A stretch of DNA of 54,822 nt from Candidatus Woesearchaeota archaeon (GCA_046484055.1 JAWOBY010000034.1:1-54822); one strand, 5' to 3'. Counted from the stretch's first letter, positions 1 through 9,484 are shown. Translations and numbers: made by a program. The notes: generated from the sequence alone by a model not told the origin.

Positions 1-118
1 TCTCCTTCTTCACCCTGGCCTCTATCTGCTGAATGAAGTGCTTCCTGCAGAGGTTGTTGTGGTAGGCCTTTTTGGGGCACTTGATGCATTTAGGGGTTTC
101 AGGCTTTCTCTGAGGCAT
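1..118 (-). CDS. Partial CDS (N-terminus only, continues past window start). The Cys-rich N-terminus resembles PP-loop tRNA-thiolation ATPases (TtuA/Ncs6-like).
   Basis: ATG at 118-116. Translation MPQRKPETPKCIKCPKKAYHNNLCRKHFIQQIEARVKKE is open to the window edge. TATA-like tatataaata (141-150) lies about 25 nt upstream. Confidence 0.35.
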   Translation of the reverse strand, partial: MPQRKPETPKCIKCPKKAYHNNLCRKHFIQQIEARVKKE

Positions 119-209
119 GATTACAGGAATCACAGCCCTTATTTATATACCTTTTTAGTGTCAATCACAGGTTGTCCCCTTTTTGTGACTACTTCTGAAT
201 GCTAAAAAA

Positions 210-226
210 CCGAAAGATTTAAATAA
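210..226 (+). promoter_or_regulatory. BRE/TATA promoter (CCGAAAGATTTAAATAA) pointing into a region with no ORF
   Basis: Near-identical to the ACCGAAACATTTAAATA motif read on the minus strand at 18413, 28756, 32916 and 38807. Here it is oriented to the plus strand between two minus-strand genes. Confidence 0.5.
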
Positions 227-294
227 TAGATATACTACTCTACAGTAGGAATTGGAGGTTTGGGGGTAAATCACCAATCATTACCCGTATTCAT

Positions 295-400
295 GATCAC
301 CTCTTTTTCCCCTCGCAGGCATCTCGGATGCCTGCCTGGGGTTTTAAGATCACCTCTTTTTCCCCATTGGAGTGCCTCCGGGCGCTTCGATGGGGTTTTA
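295..400 (+). repeat. Two tandem 53-nt units: GATCACCTCTTTTT, then a CCCC-closed hairpin, then GGGGTTTTA. Candidate ncRNA or tandem terminator-like hairpins.
   Basis: Unit 1 is 295-347 and unit 2 is 348-400. Flanks are identical. The internal stems differ in sequence but both pair (GCAGGCATC/GATGCCTGC in unit 1; CCCCAT/ATGGGG plus AGTGCC/GGCGCT in unit 2). Confidence 0.6.
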
Positions 401-466
401 TAATCACAAATTATAACAACACAGATATATTTCTGTTGATATCCTGAAAATTATGAAATAACCTCA

Positions 467-2338
467 TCACTTCTTCCTGAAATCAAACTTTATCCTCTTG
501 TGCCTTGGCTCTCTGGGCCTGAATCCAGGGAATCCTTTCCTGCTTTTATCACTGGACCCTTTCTCACCCTTCCTGTAGAATGATCTCACTGCAAGAGCGC
601 CTGCAATGGCCCCTGCAAGGAAATAGAGTATGTTATAGAATGTCTCTGACCTCTTCCTCGGCAGGTCTATCCTCTCGGCCTCGAAATATATGTCAAGATT
701 GCTCAGCTCAAGGCTGTACTCTGAATACAGCAGAGCAGAGTAGATGCTGCTGTTCCTCAGGCTCTTTGCATACTCATAATAACTGTAGCCCACAATAGGG
801 AATATGCCGTTCTCCTGCTGCTCCACCATTATATCCTTTGCGGCCTCAAGCTTAAGGTCGAGCAGTCCGTGGATCGCGTCCTCCTTGTATCCTATCGTGC
901 TCAAAACTATGCTTATCTCCGCCTTGGCAAGGCTCGCCTTGTGGAGGCACACTGCATAATCACCCTCTTCATAACTGGATTCAGCTTTCCTTATGTCCTC
1001 CCTGACATCGTTCATCAGGCCCGGAAAGATCATCTGGATGTACCTTAAATATCCCTCTGCCTCGTTGATCTTGTTCACGCACGACTCCTTCAGCTCCTTC
1101 TCTGAAAGCTCAAGCTTCTTGCCCTCCTTCCCCAGGAATGCGCTCCATGACCTGGCGGAGTACACCCTTTCCATCGCGTAGGCCAGCTCCCTGTTGGCAG
1201 TGCCCATATTCCCCTCCCCGAAAGCGCTGATGCTCTTGTTCAGGTGATCCACAGCATCATTGAGCCTTTCCTTCGACACCATGTACGCCTGCAGGTCAGT
1301 CATGGTGGATATCTCGTGATTCTCAAGCGTCCTGCTGAATGATCTTATCTCCATCTCAGTGTCCTCTATGATTCTGGCGAGGTTGTATGATGATGAGTTC
1401 TTAAGGGTGAGGACAAGATGATGGTAATCCACATTAGCGCCGAAACAGTAGCTGGCAGCGGAATAGTATCTCCCCTTACTGTACGCCTCATCCGCTGAGA
1501 CAGTGAGGTTATCCGCTCTTTCTTTCATGTCCCTGGAAGTACCATTAGTATCATTAAGAATGCCTGAGTTATTATCAGCATCCTCCCTGAGGTTTTTGAT
1601 CTCTTTGCTGAGCATGGAGCTCCTGTTGCAGAGCTGGCCTGCCAGCTTTTCCATCGTCCTTGAGTAAGCAGGGCTTATAGTGACATTCTTTCCATTATCC
1701 CTGAATCTCTCTCCTGTGAATTCATACAGGGCCTCATCGAGCGTGCCCACCCTCACCACCTCTACCCCCACATCCTTGCCGTACTCAGTATAATCAATGC
1801 TCATATTCTCTTCATCCTTGCCCGCCTCAGTGACGGGTATGAGCACCTCCCCCATGTTGTTCTCTGCAGCAGCGCTGATCTTCTCCTTTATGCCCCCCAC
1901 TGATCCTATGAGGTAACCTGAGTTTATCGTTCCTGTTATGACAGTCCCCTCATCAAGCTCCTTGTCCTTGAGCAGGGATATGGTGAGTACTGCTGTGGCA
2001 GCTCCCGCGCTCGGTCCGCCTATTATGGTCGAATCAGCCTTTATCGTATAGAAGAAATCGAACCTGCTGCAGTCCGCCGTGAGGTACCTGCATGCCATGT
2101 CCCTCGCGAACCTTGTGGTTATCTGCGTGTCAAGCTTTGAGGCGGGCTGTGTGTCTATGAAAACACGGCCTGTGCCCCTCTCAATCCTCAAGTCAAGAGT
2201 GGCCATGCTCCCCCTGATGCCCCCATCAGGAGTCTCTGAAACCGCAAGCAGCTTCACAGAGCCTGATTTGGCCTGCACAGGCAAAGCCGCGCAGGACAGC
2301 AATACAGCGAACAGTGCGAGCATCAACCACTTTTTCAT
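467..2338 (-). CDS. Secreted, membrane-anchored Lon-type (S16) serine protease domain protein
   Basis: Signal peptide MKKWLMLALFAVLLSCAALPVQA and the S16 motif IIGGPSAGAATAV. A long helical region is followed by a C-terminal TM segment and basic tail. GGAGGT lies 4 nt upstream of the ATG at 2338; the alternative start is 2350. Confidence 0.8.
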   Translation of the reverse strand: MKKWLMLALFAVLLSCAALPVQAKSGSVKLLAVSETPDGGIRGSMATLDLRIERGTGRVFIDTQPASKLDTQITTRFARDMACRYLTADCSRFDFFYTIKADSTIIGGPSAGAATAVLTISLLKDKELDEGTVITGTINSGYLIGSVGGIKEKISAAAENNMGEVLIPVTEAGKDEENMSIDYTEYGKDVGVEVVRVGTLDEALYEFTGERFRDNGKNVTISPAYSRTMEKLAGQLCNRSSMLSKEIKNLREDADNNSGILNDTNGTSRDMKERADNLTVSADEAYSKGRYYSAASYCFGANVDYHHLVLTLKNSSSYNLARIIEDTEMEIRSFSRTLENHEISTMTDLQAYMVSKERLNDAVDHLNKSISAFGEGNMGTANRELAYAMERVYSARSWSAFLGKEGKKLELSEKELKESCVNKINEAEGYLRYIQMIFPGLMNDVREDIRKAESSYEEGDYAVCLHKASLAKAEISIVLSTIGYKEDAIHGLLDLKLEAAKDIMVEQQENGIFPIVGYSYYEYAKSLRNSSIYSALLYSEYSLELSNLDIYFEAERIDLPRKRSETFYNILYFLAGAIAGALAVRSFYRKGEKGSSDKSRKGFPGFRPREPRHKRIKFDFRKK

Positions 2339-2521
2339 CTTAACCTCCATTCTATCAGCATATATGTTATCATATTGTGCATTGTCCTCTCCTGCCGCAT
2401 GAACTTTTAAAGTCTTTTAAAGTTTTTGTTTAGTGCCCCCAATGATGTATAGGATCCGTATTGAATATCATATGTATAGATGACGGGAGAACAGCAGAAG
2501 ATTCCTTCACCGGCTCCAGAA

Positions 2522-3229
2522 TCAGTACTCAACCACCTTTGAAGGGTCGAACTCCATCCCTTTCTTCCCTATCTCCATTTTCATGGTCTTGGGCGAGTGA
2601 TTTGTCCCCCTCATCTTCACTATCTCAAAAGCCCTCTTCCGCACCCCCTTCTTCTTTATGTTATACATCCTTATGAGGGAATCCACCTCGAATTCAAGGG
2701 TGTTCGAGAAAATCTCCTCGCCTCTTGTGGTCTGCTGCGCAGTGAGAACCGCAGTGCATCCCCAGTTGTTTATGAGTTCGAACAAGGAAAGCGCGGCCTC
2801 CTTCCTGGTGAGCTCGTCCTTGTAGAGGAGCGAGAAAGATGTTATGGAATCTATGACAAGCCGTCGTGCCTTGTTCTTGGTGATGATGCTCTCAATAGTG
2901 CCGCCCCCCTCAATGAGCACCTTCTTCACCTGCTCGGGATTGTACTGCAGGAAGATGAACTTTCCCTGCTTCTCCAGTTTCTTCAGGTCCCATCCGAAAG
3001 TGAGCATGTCAGAATAGAGCTTCTCCTTTTTCTCCTCAAAGGTTATGTATATCCCTGTCTCTCCCTTGTTGATTATCCCCTCAATGAGGAATTGTATCGC
3101 GAATATGGTCTTGCCTGTCCCGGCACCGCCCACGACAAGGTTTATGCTCTGGGGCTTGAAACCTCCCTGTATGAGCTTGTCAAAATTCTTTATGTATGTG
3201 GGGATCCTTTCCTCTTTTTTCTCTGTCAT
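2522..3229 (-). CDS. KaiC-like single-domain RecA-superfamily ATPase
   Basis: Walker A VVGGAGTGKT and Walker B-like RRLVIDSIT. Length of 235 aa is typical of archaeal KaiC-like proteins (COG0467). Confidence 0.85.
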   Translation of the reverse strand: MTEKKEERIPTYIKNFDKLIQGGFKPQSINLVVGGAGTGKTIFAIQFLIEGIINKGETGIYITFEEKKEKLYSDMLTFGWDLKKLEKQGKFIFLQYNPEQVKKVLIEGGGTIESIITKNKARRLVIDSITSFSLLYKDELTRKEAALSLFELINNWGCTAVLTAQQTTRGEEIFSNTLEFEVDSLIRMYNIKKKGVRKRAFEIVKMRGTNHSPKTMKMEIGKKGMEFDPSKVVEY

Positions 3230-3336
3230 CTTATTACCTTCACTGCGCGTTGTATTATCCCGTTATCATCTGGTAATCATATAATTTCAGTGATAATCAT
3301 GCACTGTATTGGCAAAACCGCTGAGGCATTCCTTAT

Positions 3337-4062
3337 TCATTCCTCCGTACTCTTCCCTTTCATGGTGTCCTGCTCTATGAGCGAGAAGGGAATCTGGTCA
3401 GTGTGCAGCTGCATGCCCTTGTCGGATATTGTTATGGGGAAAACCTTCAGGCTGTGCTTCTGGCCCCGCATCTTGTATATATGGAACGCCCTCTCATAAT
3501 TGGAGCCCTTCCTTATCATCATGAGATGGAAAAGGCCCTCAAAAAGGAAATCCTGAGCAGAGAAATTGATATTGTCTATGTCCTGAACCACCCTCTCAGA
3601 GATGGACATGAGGGTTGCGCCCATGCTCTTGACATGCTTTATGAAGTCAAGAACACCCTTCCTGAAGTCTACCTCGCTCTCATAATAGATGTACTCAAAG
3701 AGAGTGAGGGAGTCCAGCACTATCCTTTTCACACCCCCCCTTTTTATGGCGTTGAGAGGCTCTTCAAGGGATATTATCTTACTGCTGGTGAGGTCCTGCT
3801 CATAAATCTGCAGGAGATGGTCCTCATATTTTTCAAGGTCTATGCCCAGCTCTTTGGCATACATCCTGAGATCTTTCGCGCTCTCCTCAGAAGTGATGTA
3901 CAGGCAGGGCTCCTTGTTCTTGATTCCCTCGTATATGAACTGCAGGGCGAGTATGGTCTTCCCCGTGCCGGGAGTTCCTGTGATGAGCACAGAAGAGCCC
4001 TCTCTTATGCCTCCGCCAAAAACCTCATCCAGGCCAGGAACGCCTGTCTTGATCAGCCCCAT
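3337..4062 (-). CDS. KaiC-like single-domain RecA-superfamily ATPase (second paralogue)
   Basis: MGLIKTGVPGLDEVFGGG then Walker A ITGTPGTGKT. BRE/TATA at 4087-4103 sits 25-35 nt upstream of the ATG at 4062. The longer ORF reaching 4365 is an unsupported hydrophobic extension. Confidence 0.8.
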   Translation of the reverse strand: MGLIKTGVPGLDEVFGGGIREGSSVLITGTPGTGKTILALQFIYEGIKNKEPCLYITSEESAKDLRMYAKELGIDLEKYEDHLLQIYEQDLTSSKIISLEEPLNAIKRGGVKRIVLDSLTLFEYIYYESEVDFRKGVLDFIKHVKSMGATLMSISERVVQDIDNINFSAQDFLFEGLFHLMMIRKGSNYERAFHIYKMRGQKHSLKVFPITISDKGMQLHTDQIPFSLIEQDTMKGKSTEE

Positions 4063-4086
4063 TTTTAGTCCGCTAAAGAAGAGGGA

Positions 4087-4103
4087 GTTTAAAAATGTTT
4101 TTG
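4087..4103 (-). promoter_or_regulatory. BRE/TATA (CAAAAACATTTTTAAAC) for the KaiC-like gene
   Basis: Matches the window-wide consensus and lies about 27 nt upstream of the ATG at 4062. Confidence 0.5.
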
Positions 4104-4381
4104 TTGCCCATGCATATCCAGAGCATATCAAGATATGGGTCTTCAAATAAGAAGAATTTATAATCATGAGGGAGGGGATTGTTATGGCAGAGTGATGGGC
4201 TGTTATGAGAGAATAATATATTGATATATTGTTATGAGAGGGCATAACATAGCCATACCTGCAGAGGGCGAAAGCTCCAAACACCACCGCAACCTTTATA
4301 AAGCCGATTCCACAATGCAAGGTGCAAAAAGTGAGTGAATGAGTGATATATAATGCGATATGCAATTAAAAGTGGTGTATC

Positions 4382-4945
4382 ATGACCGTAAAGATAAAGG
4401 TCGATTACAAGAACAAGCTCAAGAACCTGAAGGAGTACGTAGTTCTGGCCACTGTAGACTCAGAGAGGTACATGGCCACAAATCTCGCCCTTGTGAGGCA
4501 CCTCACAAAGGAGGAAGGCACACCAGGAGTGTATGTCACCCTCAACAGGCCTTACGAGACCATGAAGGCGGTCTTTGAATATTCGAAGATAGACACTGAC
4601 ATGATCATATTCATCGATGCTGTTACAAAGACTGCGGGCGGCAAGGTGGAGAAGACAGATAACTGCCTCTACATAGGGAATCCCGAGAATCTCAGCGACA
4701 TATCAATGGCGATGGACCAGGCAGTAAGAGCCCTTCCCGGCAAGGACAAGTTTGTGTTCTTTGATTCCCTGAACACCCTCCTGTTGTACAACTCACTGAA
4801 GACTGTCGCCAGGTTCGTGCATTTCCTCGCCAGCAAGATGAGGGTCTGGGGAGTGAAGGGAATAATAATCAGCCTTGAGAAAGAGGCGCACAAGGAGCTC
4901 ATAGACGAGCTTAACCAGTACTGCGACCTCAAGATGGAGTTTTGA
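4382..4945 (+). CDS. KaiC/RecA-fold paralogue lacking the P-loop (predicted inactive ATPase-like protein)
   Basis: Aligns by eye with the two KaiC-like proteins (DKFVFFDSLNTLLLY versus RIVLDSLTLFEY). The Walker A position reads VVLATVDSERY. Confidence 0.6.
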   Translation: MTVKIKVDYKNKLKNLKEYVVLATVDSERYMATNLALVRHLTKEEGTPGVYVTLNRPYETMKAVFEYSKIDTDMIIFIDAVTKTAGGKVEKTDNCLYIGNPENLSDISMAMDQAVRALPGKDKFVFFDSLNTLLLYNSLKTVARFVHFLASKMRVWGVKGIIISLEKEAHKELIDELNQYCDLKMEF

Positions 4946-5012
4946 CGGGAATGACATCCATCATGAAAAATTGTGAAAAATGCTTTTGTGGAAAATGTTT
5001 TGAGGTGATCAC

Positions 5013-5444
5013 ATGAAAGAGATAATAAAGATAATCTTCGCCTGCATCGCCATAATAGCCGGCTTAGCGGCGATAATAAAGGTGGCAGGCAATGCAGAGC
5101 TGATAATCACTTTCCTTTCCCTCACATTCGGAGTGATGGCCATAATCTGGACCCTGATGGCTCACAGCTCATTATCCCCCGGCTCATCATTGAGGAGCTA
5201 TACCTCCTACTTCCTCGCCTGCCTCGTGTTCATCCTGATATACTCATTATGGGACAGCGCCGCCAAGATGCTCAGCATCAAAGGCTCCTGGCAGTACCTC
5301 AGCTACCTTTTCCTCACCCTTGCATACATAGTGTTCGTGACTGCGGCCTACAAGATATACTATCTGGGCAGGGAGTTCGGCTTCCAGAAAGAGGCTGACA
5401 AGATAAAGAGCAAGGTGAGCAAGAAGAATAATGAAGGGAAATAG
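5013..5444 (+). CDS. Small integral membrane protein (about 4 TM)
   Basis: Perfect SD GAGGTGATC lies 3 nt upstream of the ATG. Four hydrophobic segments. Confidence 0.6.
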   Translation: MKEIIKIIFACIAIIAGLAAIIKVAGNAELIITFLSLTFGVMAIIWTLMAHSSLSPGSSLRSYTSYFLACLVFILIYSLWDSAAKMLSIKGSWQYLSYLFLTLAYIVFVTAAYKIYYLGREFGFQKEADKIKSKVSKKNNEGK

Positions 5445-5707
5445 ATTGATGTGTGCATGATAAGCCCAGGAAGTTTCTTGCAGAATCAGATGCAGATTTA
5501 AGTTCAGGCCCTCACCTGTTTCGCTTATATTCTTTGATGGCTCTAATTAGAGGAGTATCATGAGGGGGGTCGGGCTACATTCTCCACTCCTTCTTGCAGC
5601 TGGTGTCCATCATCCTTATCTTCATGCCATTTCATACGGATTTTGAATGACTCCACCCTGCTCCCTCCACCACACCATATCATCATACGCCCGCCTTCAC
5701 TGGCCAC

Positions 5708-6682
5708 TCATATCCCAAAAAGGCCGCCGAGAGATGTGAGGAGAAGTTTTCTCACAGCAAAGAAGACAGCGAAGGAGAGCAGGATGAGGGGAAGCATGTA
5801 TTTCGCGCCCTCCTTGGCTTTTCCCTGGCCGACCTGGCCCAGCACAAGAGAGCCGAGGATACAGCTCATGGAGATGAAGAGCATAGAGAATGACTTGATA
5901 AAATCGACACTCATGCTTATGTTGCTTATGGAAAGGGGCGTGCCCGAAGTGTTTGGCATGCTGACCTGTGAGAACATTTTCGTGAGCACTTCCACGACCA
6001 CTGATGAGAGCCCGAAAAGGAATGGTGAAGCGAGGCCTATCGCTATGAATATGAAGATCCGGTACATGCTTATGTTCGCTCTTGTCTTCTTGTCCATTAT
6101 CTCCTGATCGCGCAGGTCCTGAGCTGTCTTCTCCAGCAGCGGCGCGAGGTCACCTCCGGAGCGCAGGCCGCTGAGAATTATATAGATGGTCTTCTCGAGC
6201 TTCTCTGACCTTATCCTCGCGGAGAGGTCAAGCAATGCCTTCTTGAGGTCCTTGCCTATGGTTATCTCCTTGCCTACCCTGTCCAGCTCCTCCTTGAAAG
6301 GTCCGAACTCAGGTCTTGCGGCCATGAAAAGCGCCTTGTCTATGGTCACCCCCGCTTTCAGGTTGCTGGACATCAGCTGGAGCACATCAGGCAGTATGGA
6401 TTCCGTGAATTTTCCCTTCTTGTCCGCGGACAGGCCCAGCCAGAGATATATGAATGCCTGCACAGCCATGAATGACACCGCAAGCACTATCCAGAAATTG
6501 TATCCCGCAAGAAGCAGAAGATACACTGCCAGAAGGAGGGAGAAAAGGCCGGAGAACAGGAGCTGGAATCCGAGGAACCTGTTTATCTCAACATCTATGT
6601 TTGAATAATCAAGGAGCTTTTTTATCCTCTTCTTTATCCTCAGGGGGAATATCTTTCCGAAAAGCCTGTATATTGAAAACAT
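5708..6682 (-). CDS. Type IV filament platform protein, T2SS-F domain (TadC/EpdK-like half)
   Basis: T2SSF-like segment LLDLSARIRSEKLEKTIYIILSGLRSGGDLAPLLEKTAQDL flanked by TM helices. Confidence 0.75.
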   Translation of the reverse strand: MFSIYRLFGKIFPLRIKKRIKKLLDYSNIDVEINRFLGFQLLFSGLFSLLLAVYLLLLAGYNFWIVLAVSFMAVQAFIYLWLGLSADKKGKFTESILPDVLQLMSSNLKAGVTIDKALFMAARPEFGPFKEELDRVGKEITIGKDLKKALLDLSARIRSEKLEKTIYIILSGLRSGGDLAPLLEKTAQDLRDQEIMDKKTRANISMYRIFIFIAIGLASPFLFGLSSVVVEVLTKMFSQVSMPNTSGTPLSISNISMSVDFIKSFSMLFISMSCILGSLVLGQVGQGKAKEGAKYMLPLILLSFAVFFAVRKLLLTSLGGLFGI

Positions 6683-6761
6683 ATTATCGATTTTTGTTTT
6701 GGTGTTTTGTTTTGGTCTTTTATTTTTGTATTTCTTATTTTTTCATCTTCCTGTAGGTTGC

Positions 6762-7655
6762 TCAAAGCAGGTTCGGCCTCTTTGATGATATCATGCTGAG
6801 GAAAAAGAGCTGGAAGAATATGACTGCCCCGAACATCCCCCAGAACATGTCTTTCAGCACCGATTCCCCCAGAGACAGGAAAGAGCCGAGCACCACAAAA
6901 AATGTGAGGGCCAGCGCGGGAACGATCACCACTACAAGCATGTAGAACATGGTCAAGGGGCTGAGCTTTGAGCCGTACTCCTGCACCTGCACGATCTGCT
7001 CCTCTGACAATGATTTGGTCGTTTCCTCAAGCACAGAACCGAGGTCGGATCCGCTTTTCATGGCTGTGGTTAGCTGCCATATCATCCTCTGGAAATATGT
7101 TGAGGGGTTCTCCGATGCTATGTGGTCCAGAGCATTGACCTGGTGGGCGCCCGCCTCTATCTCTTTCACCACCCTCCTGAACTGTTCCGAGACTCCGCCG
7201 TAATTCTCCCTGGATATGGTCACTATGACATTGTACAATGGTATGCCCGAGCTTATCTGTATCTGCATGGCCCTCAATGCTGAGAGAAGGTGCATCTCGA
7301 TCCCCTTCACTTTTTTAATGACGAGGGATTTGGGGTATGTCATCTGCTGGAAGAAGACGAATCCTGTCACGATGATCGATATTGCAGGCGCGGCCACCAG
7401 CATATAAGTCAGGCTGTACTTGCTGAGGATCACAGCGGTGAATGCGAGGAGGAACAGAAAGAGGATGAGATCAGAGAATGCCGCCGCGGAGATGTAGGTC
7501 GCGGTGCTTATGTTCATGCCCGCCCTCTTCATGTCCAGCTCTACCTGCGGGTTCGATCTCTTCATGAAATCAGCAAGCCATGAGAAGAGAGATGCGCCTC
7601 TCCTTACGAAACCCTCCGGAAAAAAACAGTAAGGTATCTTCAGTCTGTCTCTCAT
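6762..7655 (-). CDS. Type IV filament platform protein, T2SS-F domain (TadB/EpdJ-like half)
   Basis: T2SSF-like segment GGVSEQFRRVVKEIEAGAHQVNALDHIASENPSTYFQRMIWQLTTAMKSGSDLGSVLEE with TM helices on both sides. Confidence 0.75.
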   Translation of the reverse strand: MRDRLKIPYCFFPEGFVRRGASLFSWLADFMKRSNPQVELDMKRAGMNISTATYISAAAFSDLILFLFLLAFTAVILSKYSLTYMLVAAPAISIIVTGFVFFQQMTYPKSLVIKKVKGIEMHLLSALRAMQIQISSGIPLYNVIVTISRENYGGVSEQFRRVVKEIEAGAHQVNALDHIASENPSTYFQRMIWQLTTAMKSGSDLGSVLEETTKSLSEEQIVQVQEYGSKLSPLTMFYMLVVVIVPALALTFFVVLGSFLSLGESVLKDMFWGMFGAVIFFQLFFLSMISSKRPNLL

Positions 7656-7813
7656 CTTTCTCTCATCTTCCCTCCTTGTTCATTGGCTGTTGTCTCCTAT
7701 GCAGGTCCTGTCAAATGACCTGCTCCCGCGCATTATTTTATTGTGATTGGGTTTTTATTGTGATCAGGCCGAATCAGATTTCCCTCATAAAAATTTCCCC
7801 GTAAGCCATCGGA

Positions 7814-9484
7814 TCATCCGGACAGCAGTTTTTTGAAAGGGCGGTCTTTCCTTGCCATCTCAAGCACGGTCTCCTTGTCAAGATAATATTTTTCCACTAC
7901 GCATCCGACTTTACTGACATCATTTATGTCATTCTTGACCATCCATTCGAGTATCATCTTCTTGTCCGCCAGCTCCTTGTTTATCTCTTTCCTTGTCATC
8001 CCCGTGTGCCTGCTGAGATCCTCAAAGAGCTTTATGCTGTCCGAATGGGGGACTACGCTGTCTGTTGAGGGCTTCCACCTGTAAAGCATGTTCGTCCTGA
8101 CCTTTGTTGATGTGCCCTCTCCTTCTACCATGAATTCTCCTGCCTGATACACCCTTCTTATGCCCCTCTTCCTGTCCCTGAACATCACGACGCACAGATC
8201 GACCGCTCCGAGAAGGTTTTCAGGGACTGATATGGGGGGATTCACAAGCCTGGATATGGTCTCAGCGAGGCTGTCGGCGTGCAGCGTGGAATAGACCGAG
8301 TGGCCTGTATGCATCGCCTCGAAAAGCACCTCTGCTTCGCGCTGCCTCCTTATCTCGCCCATTATTATCCTGTCAGGCCTCATCCTCAGGGAGTTTATTA
8401 TCAGGTCAAGCATGGTGATCTCTCCTTTCCCCTCTTCCCCTGCCATCCTCGTCACCATCGGTGTCCAGTAGAGGTTGGCCGGCAGCTGAATCTCACGCGT
8501 GTCCTCTATGGATACTATCGAATGGTTCGGCGGTATGAAGGGGGCGCACACGTTCATGAAGCTCGTCTTTCCTGATCCTGTCCCTCCTGAGATGAGGACA
8601 TTCATCTCGTATTCCACTGCGAGCCATATGAGGGCCATGATATCAGAGCTCACTGTTTTGTTCTTTATGAGGTCTGTGACTGTCCATGGGTCCCTCGCGA
8701 ATTTTCTTATGGTCACTGTATTGCCTTTTGTGGTTATGGGATAAAGAACCACATTGACCCTGTCGCCTGTCATGAGGTGGGCGTCCAGCAGGGGGTTGAG
8801 CACATTGACCTGCTTACCCACCCTTCTCGCTATTATATCTGCGTAGTTCTGTATCTCGTTCTCTGAAGGGACTGCGAGATTGCTCTCCAGCCAGCCGTGC
8901 TTCTTGTGGTACACCCTGACATTCTCTGCAGCTGAGTTCACTCTCACCTCCTCAAGGTCGGGGTCTGCAAGGAGGAACTCTATGTCCTTCAGGCCGAGCA
9001 TGCTATGCACCATCGTGCCTGTTATGTATCTTCTTGTAGTATCATCCACTGATGGAAGGTGCTTGTCGAGGAGGGCCTCCGCTTTTTTCCTTATCTTCTC
9101 CTTGAGCTCATCTACAGCATTAGCGTCAAGGACTTCCTGTGTTGTTATGGACACCTCCCCGACTATCTCCCTTTTCATCTCATCCATGAGGGCTTTTGTG
9201 GGGGGTGTGAATGAGGGGATCTTCAGGGAGTACCTCTTGACCTTATCCTTTCCCCTGATGATTCTTGCCTCTAACCTCATCCCTTCAGAGTCCACATTGT
9301 ATTTCTCGAGTATGTCCCCCTTCTTCTCCCCATCCCTTTTCTTTGCTGATTTTGAGCCTGCCATCTTCTCCCCCTTCATCATGATCTGTTCTTCTTCCGG
9401 ACATGAGTGATTTTTTCCGCTTCCCTTCTGTTCTCTTTCATTCTTTTTTGCCCTTTTTCTTCTTGCTCTTTCCCTTGCTCTCAT
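7814..9484 (-). CDS. Type II/IV secretion-family ATPase (ArlI/FlaI/TadA-like)
   Basis: Walker A ISGGTGSGKTS and the PilT/VirB11-family motif RPDRIIMGEIRRQREAEVLFEAMHTGHSVYSTLHA. The start is uncertain: 9484 overlaps the upstream gene by 47 nt, and 9382 is the alternative. Confidence 0.85.
   Translation of the reverse strand: MRARERARRKRAKKNEREQKGSGKNHSCPEEEQIMMKGEKMAGSKSAKKRDGEKKGDILEKYNVDSEGMRLEARIIRGKDKVKRYSLKIPSFTPPTKALMDEMKREIVGEVSITTQEVLDANAVDELKEKIRKKAEALLDKHLPSVDDTTRRYITGTMVHSMLGLKDIEFLLADPDLEEVRVNSAAENVRVYHKKHGWLESNLAVPSENEIQNYADIIARRVGKQVNVLNPLLDAHLMTGDRVNVVLYPITTKGNTVTIRKFARDPWTVTDLIKNKTVSSDIMALIWLAVEYEMNVLISGGTGSGKTSFMNVCAPFIPPNHSIVSIEDTREIQLPANLYWTPMVTRMAGEEGKGEITMLDLIINSLRMRPDRIIMGEIRRQREAEVLFEAMHTGHSVYSTLHADSLAETISRLVNPPISVPENLLGAVDLCVVMFRDRKRGIRRVYQAGEFMVEGEGTSTKVRTNMLYRWKPSTDSVVPHSDSIKLFEDLSRHTGMTRKEINKELADKKMILEWMVKNDINDVSKVGCVVEKYYLDKETVLEMARKDRPFKKLLSG

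Noticed and set aside
295-400. Possible miniature CRISPR array (28-nt repeat GGGGTTTTAAGATCACCTCTTTTTCCCC with 25-26-nt spacers)
   Set aside because: There is only one full repeat, with partial copies at either side. The spacers are short and each is self-complementary, forming a hairpin closed by the flanking CCCC/GGGG. No cas genes or leader were seen. A structured RNA or terminator-like repeat fits better.
2597-3499. 300-aa plus-strand ORF, with other long ORFs antisense to well-supported genes (for example 3403-4068, 8880-9410, 20901-21446, 28957-29547, 30162-30926, 35821-36444, 44415-45245, 44738-45301)
   Set aside because: These are shadow ORFs opposite genes with clear family motifs. 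Their products are low-complexity or Leu/Ser/Pro/Arg-rich with no motifs, and no promoter or SD support was seen.
4063-4365. 101-aa N-terminal extension of the second KaiC-like ORF
   Set aside because: The extension is hydrophobic with no homology to KaiC N-termini. A consensus BRE/TATA at 4087-4103 lies inside it, 25-35 nt upstream of the ATG at 4062.
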